Assembly: GCA_041687695.1 (NCBI GenBank)
Contig: JAWLBL010000001.1
Span: forward strand, 195,361-259,360
DNA length: 64,000 nt
Direction: 5' to 3'
Origin: Myxococcota bacterium
Lineage (GTDB): Bacteria; Myxococcota_A; UBA9042; PHBI01; JAWLBL01
In this document: positions 38,541-49,784 of the stretch, piece after piece
Layout: each line of letters starts with the position of its first letter
Numbering within the stretch: position 1 is the stretch's first letter
Made by a program: the position numbers and the translations under genes
Notes under the pieces: generated by a model
What the model saw: the letters and a program-made list of their open reading frames with translations, nothing else
Told to the model about the DNA's origin: nothing
Database searches by the model: none

Positions 38541-39230
38541 TTGAGCGCCCTCGACTCCTTCTTGAACGCCTCCGGCGGCGATCCCGTCACCTTGCAGACC
38601 GCCCTGCTCTCGCTGCTGCTCGCCTTCGCGCTGACGCAGGCGATCGGGGCCGTCTACACCTGGACCTTCAAGGGCATGAGCTACTCGCGCTCCTTCGTGC
38701 AGGCCGTCGCGATGGGCAGCATCGTCGCCTGCATGCTCATGCTCGCCATCAACAACAGCGTCGCCGCGGGCCTCGGCATCGCCGGCAGCCTGGCCATCAT
38801 CCGCTTCCGGACCTCCATGCGCGACCCGCGCGACATGGTCTTCGTCTTCGCCTCGATGGGCGCGGGCATCGCGGCCGGCCTCAAGGCCTATCCGGCCGCC
38901 GTCCTGGGCACGGCCCTGTTCTGCCTGGCCGCGGTGCTGCTCAGCGTCAGCGAGTTCGGCAGCCAGCGCATCTACGACGGGCTGCTGCGCTTCGTGCTGC
39001 CGACCAGCTCCGAGGCCGAGCAGGAGCTCGCGCGCATCCTCAAGCGCCACACGCGCCACTTCGCCCTCGTCACCCTGCGCGAGGTGTCGCAGGGTGACGC
39101 GCTCGAGCACGCCTATCAGATCCAGATCCCCGACCAGAGCCGGCGCGTGAAGCTGGTGCGCGAGCTCGAAGCGGTCGCGGGCATCCAGGACGTGACCCTG
39201 CTGATGCAGGAGCCGACGGTCGAGCTATGA
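38541..39230 (+). CDS. DUF4956 membrane protein
   Basis: SYSRSF, GLGIAGSLAIIRFRT..RDPRD.VFVF motifs. TM domain plus a C-terminal ACT-like domain. Confidence 0.9.
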   Translation: MSALDSFLNASGGDPVTLQTALLSLLLAFALTQAIGAVYTWTFKGMSYSRSFVQAVAMGSIVACMLMLAINNSVAAGLGIAGSLAIIRFRTSMRDPRDMVFVFASMGAGIAAGLKAYPAAVLGTALFCLAAVLLSVSEFGSQRIYDGLLRFVLPTSSEAEQELARILKRHTRHFALVTLREVSQGDALEHAYQIQIPDQSRRVKLVRELEAVAGIQDVTLLMQEPTVEL

Positions 39231-41293
39231 GCAGCCTGACGACGACGCTGCGGTCCGCGCTGGTGCGCTTCGGTCCGCTGGCCATCTGGATCGCCACCGT
39301 CGCCGGCGTCGCCTACCTGTGGGGCGACGTGGTGAGCGGCGGGCCGGTGGTCGGCCACGCCGAGGCCGTCGAGTACCGCCTGGCGTCCGAGACGGTGGCC
39401 CGCGTCGGCACCCTGGCGGTCGAGGTCGGGCAGTCGGTCGCGGCGGGGCAGATCGTGGCGACGCTGGACGCGAGCACGCTCGAGGGCGAGATCCGCGTCT
39501 ACGAGGCCGACCGCGAGCGGGTCCGCGCGGCCATCGCGGCCGCGGCCGCCGAGGCGCGGCACTCGCTGGCCGCCGACACGCACGACCTCGAGCTCGAGGC
39601 CGCCAAGGTCGAGCGCGACCTGGCCCAGGTCCGGGCCGAGCACGGCGCGCGGGCCGCCGAGCTGCAGGCCCTGACGCAGCAGCGCCGGGCGCTCGCCAAG
39701 CTGATCGAGGACCGGCTGGCGTCGTCGGCCGAGCTGTCGGAGCTGGACGTGCGCCAGGCGACGCTGCGCAAGGAGGTCGCCGGGGCGCACACTCGGATCT
39801 CCGTGCTCGAGGCGCAGCTCGCCGGCATGCGCTCGCGGCCCTCGGGGCTGGTGGGCGAGACGGTGGACGTCGTGACCGCCCCGCTCCAGCACGAGCTGTC
39901 GATGATCGAGCGGCGCCTCGAGCAGCTGCGAGGGCAGCGCGACGCGCTGGTGCTGCGGGCGCCGACCTCGGGCATCGTCTCGACCATCTGGGCGCGGCCG
40001 GGCGAGGTGGTCGGGGCCGGCCTGCCGGTGGTGACGCTGGTGGGCGACCGGGCCGAGCGCGTCGTCGCCTGCGCGACCGAGGAGCAGGCCTGGGCCGTCG
40101 AGGTCGGGCAGGCCGTGACGCTGCACGGCCGGGGTGGCGGGGGCGGGACGCCGCTCCGGGGACACGTCGTCGCGCTGGGCCCCGTCGTGAACCAGATGCC
40201 GCTGCGCTGCCGCCGCAGCGCCAACGAGCTGACCTGGGGCCGCGACGTGGTCGTCCTGGTCGACGACGCGGCGCCCATCGTGCCCGGGCAGGCCTTCTCG
40301 CTGCGCTTCGAGCGCGATCCGCGCCCCTCGGGGACGGCGGTGGCGGCGCGCCCGGCGGCCACGCCCGAGGGCGGGCGGCTGCTGGTCATCCCGGACGAGC
40401 TGCGGCGCCTGTCGCGCTTCGAGCCGTCGGGGCTGGTCTGGGTGCCCGCCCTCGCGCGCTACGTGGTCGCCAGCGACGACACGGGCTTCGACGGGCACGC
40501 GCAGGAAGGCGCGCCGTGGCTGTTCACGATGGACGCGGCCGGGCGGGTCGACCCGGCGCCGCTGGCGGTGGCGGGCGCCAAGGAGGTCAGCGACCTCGAG
40601 GGCATCACCGTCACGCCCTCGGGGCGTCTGTTCGCGCTGGCGTCGCAGAGCCTGAGCAAGAAGGGCAAGCGCCCGGCCAAGCGCCAGGCCTTCTGGCGCA
40701 TCGGAGTCGAGGGGCGGAGCCTGCGCCTGGACGGCGAGCTGCGCTTGGCCGAGCTGCTCGGCGCGCTGTCCACCGAGCGGCTGCGGGCCCTGGGCGTGGC
40801 CGATCTCGACGCCCTGGACATCGAGGGCCTGGCCTCGGACGCCGCGGGGCGCCTGTACCTGGGGCTGAAGGCGCCGGTCGGCCCCGACGGCGAGGCGCTC
40901 ATCTGGCGGCTGGACCACCCGGACGCCCTGTTCGCCAGCGGGCGGCTCGAGGACGCCGGCCTGTCGCTGTGGGCGCGCGTGCGGCTGCCGGTCGAGGCCG
41001 ACGGCCGCGAGGTCCCGGGCGGCGTGTCCGAGCTGCTCTGGCTGCCCGACGGGACGCTGGTCGTCGCCTCGACGGCGTCCGCGGGCGATCCCAAGACGCA
41101 GACCGGCCGCGTGTGGGCCGTCCCCGAGGCCGACCCCGATCGCGGCCCGCTGACGCCGCGCGAAGTGCGCGCCTTCGCCGGCCACAAGCCCGAGGGCCTG
41201 TCGCTCGCGCCGCATCCGGGCCGGATGGCGGTCGTCTTCGACAACGGCGACGCCCCGCCGGCCATGGTGGAGCTGCCGTGGCCGGGCCGTTGA
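39227..41293 (+). CDS. HlyD-type periplasmic adaptor fused to a DUF3616-like beta-propeller
   Basis: N-terminal TM, barrel-sandwich motifs (VEVGQSVAAGQ; LRAPTSG.V...PGEVV) and coiled coil. C-terminal EPSGL, SDLEGI, LDIEGLA and KPEGL repeats. Confidence 0.8.
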   Translation: MSSLTTTLRSALVRFGPLAIWIATVAGVAYLWGDVVSGGPVVGHAEAVEYRLASETVARVGTLAVEVGQSVAAGQIVATLDASTLEGEIRVYEADRERVRAAIAAAAAEARHSLAADTHDLELEAAKVERDLAQVRAEHGARAAELQALTQQRRALAKLIEDRLASSAELSELDVRQATLRKEVAGAHTRISVLEAQLAGMRSRPSGLVGETVDVVTAPLQHELSMIERRLEQLRGQRDALVLRAPTSGIVSTIWARPGEVVGAGLPVVTLVGDRAERVVACATEEQAWAVEVGQAVTLHGRGGGGGTPLRGHVVALGPVVNQMPLRCRRSANELTWGRDVVVLVDDAAPIVPGQAFSLRFERDPRPSGTAVAARPAATPEGGRLLVIPDELRRLSRFEPSGLVWVPALARYVVASDDTGFDGHAQEGAPWLFTMDAAGRVDPAPLAVAGAKEVSDLEGITVTPSGRLFALASQSLSKKGKRPAKRQAFWRIGVEGRSLRLDGELRLAELLGALSTERLRALGVADLDALDIEGLASDAAGRLYLGLKAPVGPDGEALIWRLDHPDALFASGRLEDAGLSLWARVRLPVEADGREVPGGVSELLWLPDGTLVVASTASAGDPKTQTGRVWAVPEADPDRGPLTPREVRAFAGHKPEGLSLAPHPGRMAVVFDNGDAPPAMVELPWPGR

Positions 41294-42624
41294 GGCGAGC
41301 GGCGGCGGGCCTGCTGGTCCTCGCGACCGGCGCTTGCGGCGGGTGCGCGTCGGTGACGCCCACGCCGACCTCGAGGGCGCTGGCCGTCTGGAACGAGCAC
41401 GCCCAGGCGGCGCACGCGTCCCAGCCAGCGGTCCAGGGGGCGCGATTGACGCTGACGGTCGACCAGGCCGTCGCGCGGGCGGTGGCTCACAGCGGCGAGG
41501 CCGCCGTGCTGAGGGCGCAGGCCCGGGCGCGGCGCGCGCGGGGGGACGCCGAGGCCGCGCCGCCCAACCCCGAGCTGCGGGTCACCAACGTGCGCCTCGA
41601 CCGCCTGCACGCGGGCTCGCCGACCCTGGACGCGGCGCTGCGCTTCCGGTTCGAGCCGCCGGGGACCCTGGCGGCTGCGCGCGACGCCGAGCACCTCGAG
41701 GGGGCGGCGCTCGAGGCCGAGGCCGCCACGGCCGAGCTCGAGGCGGCGGCCGAGGTGCGGCGCCTGTTCAGCCTGGCGACGCTGCTGGGCGAGGCGGCCG
41801 CGGTGAGCGAGGCCGAGGCGCAGCTGTACGAGCGCCTGCTGGCGCAGCTCGAGGCCGCCGCGGCGCGGGGCCGCGCGGTCCGCACCGATCTCGCCGGGGC
41901 CGCCCTGGGGCGCGCCGACGCCATCGCCGAGCGGCACGCCGTCGCGACCAGGCGCGCCGAGGTGCTGGCCGAGCTGAGGCGGCACCTCGCCGTCCCGCCC
42001 GGGACGGAGCTGGAGCTGGTCGCGCCCGAGCCCGCGGCCGCGCCGGTCCCGGAGCTGGCGCGGGCGGACGACCAGGCGGTGGCCGAGGCGGCGCTGACGG
42101 CTCGCCCCGAGCTGGCGGCCGCGGCGGCCCGCGTGGCGCGGGGCGAGGCGCTGGTCGGGGGCACCCGCTGGCTGGCGTGGCCGCGGCTGGGCTTCGCGCA
42201 GCTGGGCTGGGAGCGCACGCGCGACGACGATCCGTTCGCGTTCGCGGTCGGGGTGGCGCTGGACCTGCCGCTCTTCGACGCGGGCGGCGCGGCCGAGGCC
42301 GAGGCGCGCGCGCAGCTGGCGGCGTGGCGGGCCGAGGAGGAGGCGCTGGCCCTGCAGGTCGGGCAGGAGGCGATCGCCGCGGCGCGGCGCGTCCGGGCGG
42401 CGCAGGCGCGGCTGGCGTTCATCGACGAGACGCTGACGCCGGCCGCCGAGCAGGCGCAGGCCGCGTCCGAGGCGGCCGAGGCGGTGGGCGCCGAGGACCC
42501 GAGCGACCGGGCGCGGGCCGAGCGGCAGGTGCTGCGCGCGCGGCGAGCCCGAATCGAGGCGCTGCTGGCGCTGTCCGAGGCGGTGGCCGCGTTCGAGCGG
42601 GCAGTCGGGGGCGCCGGGCGATAG
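41290..42624 (+). CDS. TolC-family outer-membrane efflux lipoprotein
   Basis: The TTG overlaps the upstream stop. Lipobox LATGAC, then LTVDQAVARA, PNPEL, RPELAAA, LDLPLFD and terminal FERAVG. Confidence 0.82.
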   Translation: MRRAAAGLLVLATGACGGCASVTPTPTSRALAVWNEHAQAAHASQPAVQGARLTLTVDQAVARAVAHSGEAAVLRAQARARRARGDAEAAPPNPELRVTNVRLDRLHAGSPTLDAALRFRFEPPGTLAAARDAEHLEGAALEAEAATAELEAAAEVRRLFSLATLLGEAAAVSEAEAQLYERLLAQLEAAAARGRAVRTDLAGAALGRADAIAERHAVATRRAEVLAELRRHLAVPPGTELELVAPEPAAAPVPELARADDQAVAEAALTARPELAAAAARVARGEALVGGTRWLAWPRLGFAQLGWERTRDDDPFAFAVGVALDLPLFDAGGAAEAEARAQLAAWRAEEEALALQVGQEAIAAARRVRAAQARLAFIDETLTPAAEQAQAASEAAEAVGAEDPSDRARAERQVLRARRARIEALLALSEAVAAFERAVGGAGR

Positions 42625-42810
42625 CCGCCGCCGACACGGCTGGGGTGGTCCGGACGGCGCGCGTGAGTAGGGTGCCCGCTCCGGAGGGCCGGAGCGCGTC
42701 GAATCGCGGCGTGGCGCGCGGCTTGCCTTCCGTTCTGGGGCTCTGTTATGTGCCCTCGAGTCCGTCCCCCGCGCCCGCTTCGTCCGTGCGCGCCGCCGAG
42801 GAGCCTCGCG

Positions 42811-43410
42811 ATGTCCGAACTCACCAGCCAGCAGAAGCGCAAGCAGCTCCTCGCGATGCTCGGGTCGGGCATGGTGATGATCCACCTCGACCCGCGCGTC
42901 CCCGGGGTCGTCGTGCCGCCGCAGTTCGCCGGCGACGACGTGCTGCGCCTGAACCTGGACTACCGCTTCAACCTGCCGGCCCTCGACATCGGCAAGGACG
43001 GCGTCTACGCCGTGCTGTCGTTCAACCGGGTCAACTTCGGCTGCACCCTGCCCTGGGCGGCCGTCTTCGCCATGACCGCCCCGCAGGACGGCCACGAGGG
43101 CGTGGTCTGGCCCGAGTCCGTGCCGCCCGAGATGCAGCCCTACTTCGCGCAGGCCGGCGTGTCCGGCGGGGCCGTGCCGGTCAGCCTGCGCGCGGTCAGC
43201 CGCCGCGACGACGACCCGGCGCCCGCGCCCAGCCCGGCGCCCGCGCCCAGCCCGGCACCCGCCGCCGAGGCCGCCTCCGCCCCTGGCCCCCGCCGCTTCG
43301 CCGTGCACGACGGCGGCGGCGAGGGCGCGTCGTCCGCGGGCGCCGGCGGCGGCGACGGCGACGGGGCCGCCCCCAAGCCGCGCCGCCCCATCCTGACGGT
43401 CGTCAAGTAG
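42811..43410 (+). CDS. sspB: ClpXP specificity-enhancing factor SspB (myxobacterial type)
   Basis: MIHLDPRVPGVVVP, LSFN..F.C.LPWAAVF and C-terminal RRPILTVVK (ClpX-binding LxVVK). Confidence 0.85.
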   Translation: MSELTSQQKRKQLLAMLGSGMVMIHLDPRVPGVVVPPQFAGDDVLRLNLDYRFNLPALDIGKDGVYAVLSFNRVNFGCTLPWAAVFAMTAPQDGHEGVVWPESVPPEMQPYFAQAGVSGGAVPVSLRAVSRRDDDPAPAPSPAPAPSPAPAAEAASAPGPRRFAVHDGGGEGASSAGAGGGDGDGAAPKPRRPILTVVK

Positions 43411-43418
43411 GCCGGGGC

Positions 43419-45253
<1,835 letters not shown>

Positions 45254-45257
<4 letters not shown>

Positions 45258-46192
45258 CGGCCGCCCCGCTGCTGGTCCTGGTCGGCCCCACCGCGGCCGG
45301 CAAGAGCGCCGTCGCCCTGGCCGTCGCCGAGGCCGTCGGCGGCGAGATCGTCAGCGCCGACTCGGTCCAGGTCTACCGCGGCGTCGACCTCGGCTCGGCC
45401 AAGCCCACCGCCGCCGAGCAGGCCCGCGTCCGCCACCACTGCATCGATCTCGCCGATCCGACCGAGCAGCTCGACGCCGCCACCTGGGCCGCCGCCGCCG
45501 ACGCCGCCATCGCCGACGCGCGCGCCCGCGGCCGCGTCCCCATCGTCTGCGGCGGCACCGGCCTGTACGTCCGCGCCCTGCTCCACGGCCTGACCGACCT
45601 CCCAGATCCGCCGCCCGACGTCCGCGACGCCGTCCGCGCCGACCTCGCCGCCCGCGGCCCGGCCGCCCTGCACGCCGAGCTGGCCGCCGTCGACCCCCAG
45701 GCCGCCGCCCGCGTCCCGCCGACCGACCCCCAGCGCATCACCCGCGCCCTCGAGGTCTACCGCGCGACCGGCCGCCCGCTGAGCGCCTGGCAGGCCGACC
45801 ACGGCTTCCGCCCGCGCCGCTACGACGCGCACGTCGTCGGCCTGTGGCCCGACCGCGACGTCCTGCGCGCCCGCATCTACGCCCGCGCCCGCGCCATGCT
45901 GGCCTCCGGCTGGCCCGACGAGGTCCGCGCCTTGCTCGCCCGCGGCGTCCCCCCCGACGCCCCTCCCCTGCGCGCCCTCGGCTACCGAGAGGTCGTCGCC
46001 CACGTCCTGGGCCACCTGCCCGCCGCCGACCTGCCCGACGCGGTCGCCCGCGGCCACTGGCAGTACGCCCGCCGCCAGCTCACCTGGTTCCGCGGCATCA
46101 CCACGCGCGAGGACGCCCTGGTCCACCACGAGCCGGGCGCCCCGGACCTCGTCGCCCGCCTCAGTCGAACAGCGTCTGAGCCTGCGCCTTGA
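45254..46192 (+). CDS. miaA: tRNA dimethylallyltransferase
   Basis: GPTAAGKS, DSVQVYRG, GGTGLY, QRITRALEV and YARRQLTWFR motifs. Follows mutL. Confidence 0.96.
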
Positions 46193-47060
46193 GCGCCGCG
46201 CAGTCGGTCCCCGCCCCGACCGGCACCCACACGAAGGCGCTCTTGTCCGGGTCCGGGTGCTTGTCGGCCGACATCGAGAAGCTGGCCAGCGCGGCCGGCT
46301 CGGCGCCCAGCGTCGTCTGCTCGCTGCTCCCGAGCAGCAGCCCCTCCATGCGCCCCGCGGCCGTGACGACGCCGCTCATCCCGCCGCGGTTGCGCTGCGT
46401 CACCCAGACCTCGCCCGAGATGAGCCCGGTCAGCTTCACCGTCAGCCCGGGCTTGCCGTCCTCGTCGGCGTCGACCACCCGCGGGTCTCCGGCCTCGCTC
46501 GGCAGCGCGTCGACCTCGGGGTCCGAAAGCGCCGCGCCCATCACGATCAGATCCGGCTCGAACACGACGTCCCAGGGCCCCACCTCGGGCCCCGAGACCG
46601 TCACCCCGACCTCGGTGACCGGCAGCGCCTCGATGAAGGCCGGCCCGAACACCGGCTTGACCCCGGCCTGCTCGGCCTGCGACACCGCGCAGGTCCGGTT
46701 CGACACGCGCACCGCGTCCCCGTCCCGCCACACCTCGTGCAGCACCAGGCTCTCGGTCACCGCCTCGCTGCTGCCGCCGATGGGCAGCTCGACCAGGCTC
46801 GTGAACCGCTGCCGGCTGGCGTACGGCCCGCTCGGAAGGGGCCCATCGCCCCCGACGGCGTCCATCGCCGCGCCGTCCTCGCCCGGCCCGTCGTCGCCGC
46901 CGCCCGCCGCGTCCCCGCCGGCGTCGACCGCGTCACCGCCGCCGCCCACCTCGAAGCCCGCCTCGCCGCCCGCACCCTCGGCGCTCTCGCACGCCGGCGC
47001 CAACGCCGCCGCCGCCAGCCACAGCGCCCACTGACCCGCTCGCCGCATCGACATCGTCAT
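46161..47060 (-). CDS. Hypothetical lipoprotein
   Basis: GAGGAG SD and lipobox LAPAC. Acidic Gly-rich linker and a DADEDGKPG Ca-binding-like loop. The start overlaps the stop of the FadL-like gene. Confidence 0.75.
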   Translation of the reverse strand: MTMSMRRAGQWALWLAAAALAPACESAEGAGGEAGFEVGGGGDAVDAGGDAAGGGDDGPGEDGAAMDAVGGDGPLPSGPYASRQRFTSLVELPIGGSSEAVTESLVLHEVWRDGDAVRVSNRTCAVSQAEQAGVKPVFGPAFIEALPVTEVGVTVSGPEVGPWDVVFEPDLIVMGAALSDPEVDALPSEAGDPRVVDADEDGKPGLTVKLTGLISGEVWVTQRNRGGMSGVVTAAGRMEGLLLGSSEQTTLGAEPAALASFSMSADKHPDPDKSAFVWVPVGAGTDCAALKAQAQTLFD

Positions 47061-48490
47061 CTCCTCAGCAGGATCGACAGCGTAAAGGCGCCCACCCACC
47101 CCTCCGAGCGATAGCCCGGAAAGCCTGGGTTGTTCGTCTGCAGCCCCAGCGTCTCGGGGGCCAGCTCGCCCGTCTCGGGATCCACCGCGTCCGGCACCTC
47201 GTCGAACACCGGATCGCGCGCGTCGGCCCGCTTGACGTGGCGACGCGAGACCAGATGCGTCAGCCGCGCCGCCAGATCGACCGACAGCTCGCCGATGATC
47301 GTGTCCGTCCGCCAGCCGGCGCCCAGCGACGCGGTCAGCCGCGTGTTGTCGACCAGGTTCGTTCGCCCCGACTGCTCGGGCACCGGCGTCGGCTCCCACC
47401 CGGCGCCGGCCCGCAGCGTCCACGCCCCGCCCGGCCGCCACCAGCCGCCCGCGCGCAGGCTGACCGTGTCCGACAGCCCGCCCGCGACCTCCTCGTCGTG
47501 CGGCGTGCGCCACGCCGACCAGCCGCGCCACAGGCCCGTCGCGCCCACCGCCCACGTCTCGTCCGGCGCCGTCCAGGCGGCCCCCACCTCGATCCGCGGC
47601 GGCACGTGCCCCATCACGAAGGTGTCGCGCGTCGACACCGCCTCGCCGCCCTCGTCCAGCTCGACCGGCGTCCGCACGACGCTCACCGTGTCGATGCGCG
47701 TCTCGCGCGCGCCCTGCCACGACGCCGCGACCCTCAGGCCGGCCCACGGCCCCAGCGCGACCCCGACCGACGGCACCAGCGTCCCCTCGACCGCCGTCTC
47801 GATGTTGGTCGCCGCCGACTGCCCGTCCAGCACGTCGCTCAGGTACACCCGCGCGGTCGTCACGACGGTCTGCTCGAGCCAGATCCCGGCCCCGACCGCC
47901 AGCCAGTCCGTGGCCTGCAGCGCCGCCACCCCCTGCACGCTCAGCCGCCGATCGGCCCCGCCCAGGTTCATCCACGCCAGCCGGTTCGAGAACGCCTGCT
48001 CGCGCTCGTCGGCGAAGTAGCTGCGCTGCGCCTGGATGGCCCCCAGCGGCGCCGCCATCATCAACCCCAGCCCCAGCCGCCCCTCCCACGGTCGCACCGT
48101 CGTCCCGACCAGCAGGCCGTGCGACGGCTCCAGCCCGGTCGTGTCCCGCCGCGGGGCGATCTTCGAGGTCGGCAGCGGCCGCGGCCGCCCCTCGGGCCAC
48201 CCGCCCACCGGCTCGACGAAGCCCACCGAGTCGGGCACGTCCACGCCGGCGGGCCGCGGGTCCAGCGCGATGCGCGCGTTCGCCCACGTCAGCTCGACCG
48301 TGACCTCGCTCGAGGCCGGGTGCGTGACCACCAGCGCCGGATTGCCCAGGCTGGCCATCGGCCCGCCGTCGAGCAGCCCCACGCCGCCCGCGCCGACGGT
48401 CCGCGCGCCGCCGCCCGCCCGATCCAGCTCGTCGCCTCGCGCAGCCTCGCCCACGACCGCGAGCCCCACGGCGAGCACCAGGCGTCCCAT
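47057..48490 (-). CDS. OmpP1/FadL-like outer-membrane barrel protein
   Basis: GARTVGAGG...NPA hatch-like motif, LRAG..WEPTPVPEQSGRTNLVDN and a terminal beta strand. Confidence 0.7.
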   Translation of the reverse strand: MGRLVLAVGLAVVGEAARGDELDRAGGGARTVGAGGVGLLDGGPMASLGNPALVVTHPASSEVTVELTWANARIALDPRPAGVDVPDSVGFVEPVGGWPEGRPRPLPTSKIAPRRDTTGLEPSHGLLVGTTVRPWEGRLGLGLMMAAPLGAIQAQRSYFADEREQAFSNRLAWMNLGGADRRLSVQGVAALQATDWLAVGAGIWLEQTVVTTARVYLSDVLDGQSAATNIETAVEGTLVPSVGVALGPWAGLRVAASWQGARETRIDTVSVVRTPVELDEGGEAVSTRDTFVMGHVPPRIEVGAAWTAPDETWAVGATGLWRGWSAWRTPHDEEVAGGLSDTVSLRAGGWWRPGGAWTLRAGAGWEPTPVPEQSGRTNLVDNTRLTASLGAGWRTDTIIGELSVDLAARLTHLVSRRHVKRADARDPVFDEVPDAVDPETGELAPETLGLQTNNPGFPGYRSEGWVGAFTLSILLRR

Positions 48491-48515
48491 CGTACGAAGT
48501 GTTCCCACGCTTCGA

Positions 48516-48556
48516 GATGTCGCAACCAAGACAACCTTTGTCAATGGTTTGTCTAA
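48516..48556 (-). promoter_or_regulatory. Putative promoter/operator of the FadL-like operon
   Basis: AT-rich island. TTGACA on the minus strand (48539-48544) is bracketed by the inverted AGACAA (48529-48534) / TTGTCT (48549-48554). Confidence 0.45.
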
Positions 48557-48685
48557 TAACGCCCCGCTCGCCCTCGACGCCACGGGAGCCGCCGCCCGCG
48601 CACGGAATTGCGCGCGTCCAGTCCTGGTCCTATCCTGCCCCGCACGCCGACTCGCCGGCCCCCCTGGCCCCCGCTGGAACCGCGC

Positions 48686-49756
48686 ATGACCCAAAGCTCG
48701 ACGTCCTCGCTGCCCCAGACGCGCCCGGCCCAGCAGGCCCGGATCCTGTGGCAGGTGCGCTGCGACACGCCGGTCGGCCGGCGCCTGCTCCCCATCGCCA
48801 GCGGCGTCATCGTGCCGACCGGGCGCGGCTCGCGCACGGCGATCCGGCGGATCGGCCTGTCGACCGGCGACACCCTGTGGGAGGCCACGCTCGACGCCCC
48901 GGCCGCCGCCAGCATCGCCCGCACCGGGCGCACCCTGGCCGTGCCGCTCACCGCGGGCCGACTCGCCAGCCTGGACATCCTGGACGGCGCCCCGACCCCC
49001 TTCAGCTGGCAGCGCGTCATGGGCGAGCTGGCCGACCCGGTCTACGCGCACGACGGGCGCGTCTACCTGCGCCTGATGCCCGGCACCGGCGCGCGCCTGG
49101 TCGCCTTCGAGGTCGGCCGTGACGCCCCGCTGTGGACGGTCACCGATCCGACGCGCGGCGCCTCGGGCACGCGCCTGGCCGTCACGCGCGATCGCTTGAT
49201 CGTGGCGGGCGCGGCGACGCGAGAGACCGTCAGCGTCACCGCCTTCGATCTCGCCGACGGGCAGCTGCGCTGGCAGCAGGACAAGCTCGACGGGCAGCTG
49301 CTGGATCTGTGGGCCCTCGCTGGCGTCATCGACGTCTTGACCAGCGAAGAGGGCCTGTTCGGCCTCGACGCCGAGACGGGCGCCATCCGCAGCCACCGCC
49401 ACGCCGACCTGCCCTCGCCACGCGCCTGGCTGGCGGGCGACTCGCTGCTCGCGCTGACCAAGCAGAAGTCCGAGCAGACCCTGTTCTGCATGAACGCGAT
49501 GGGCGAGCAGGTCACCGGCCGCCTGCGCGAGCCCCAGGACCGCCTCGAGCGCGTCATCGGCGCCCACCCCGGCGAGGTCCTGGTCAGCCGCCCAGGCGGC
49601 GCGCCGGCCCTGTACCGCCTGCCGGGTCTCGAGCCCATCGCGCTGCCCGAGGCCGACGCCATCGGCCCGACCCACTCGGTGACCTGGGCGCGCGACGTCG
49701 CCTACCTGGTCAGCGAGGACCGGCACACCATCACCGCGCTCGAGCTGCAGGCCTAG
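48686..49756 (+). CDS. PQQ-like beta-propeller repeat protein
   Basis: Repeats STGDTLWE, AFDLADGQLRWQ and GLDAETG. Confidence 0.75.
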   Translation: MTQSSTSSLPQTRPAQQARILWQVRCDTPVGRRLLPIASGVIVPTGRGSRTAIRRIGLSTGDTLWEATLDAPAAASIARTGRTLAVPLTAGRLASLDILDGAPTPFSWQRVMGELADPVYAHDGRVYLRLMPGTGARLVAFEVGRDAPLWTVTDPTRGASGTRLAVTRDRLIVAGAATRETVSVTAFDLADGQLRWQQDKLDGQLLDLWALAGVIDVLTSEEGLFGLDAETGAIRSHRHADLPSPRAWLAGDSLLALTKQKSEQTLFCMNAMGEQVTGRLREPQDRLERVIGAHPGEVLVSRPGGAPALYRLPGLEPIALPEADAIGPTHSVTWARDVAYLVSEDRHTITALELQA

Positions 49757-49784
49757 CCCGCGCCGCCCTCAGCGCCGGCCGCCC

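Noticed and set aside
41334..43418. N-terminal extension fusing ~700 aa to MutL
   Set aside because: The upstream part is an off-frame shadow of the TolC and sspB genes. MutL homology begins just after GTG 43419.
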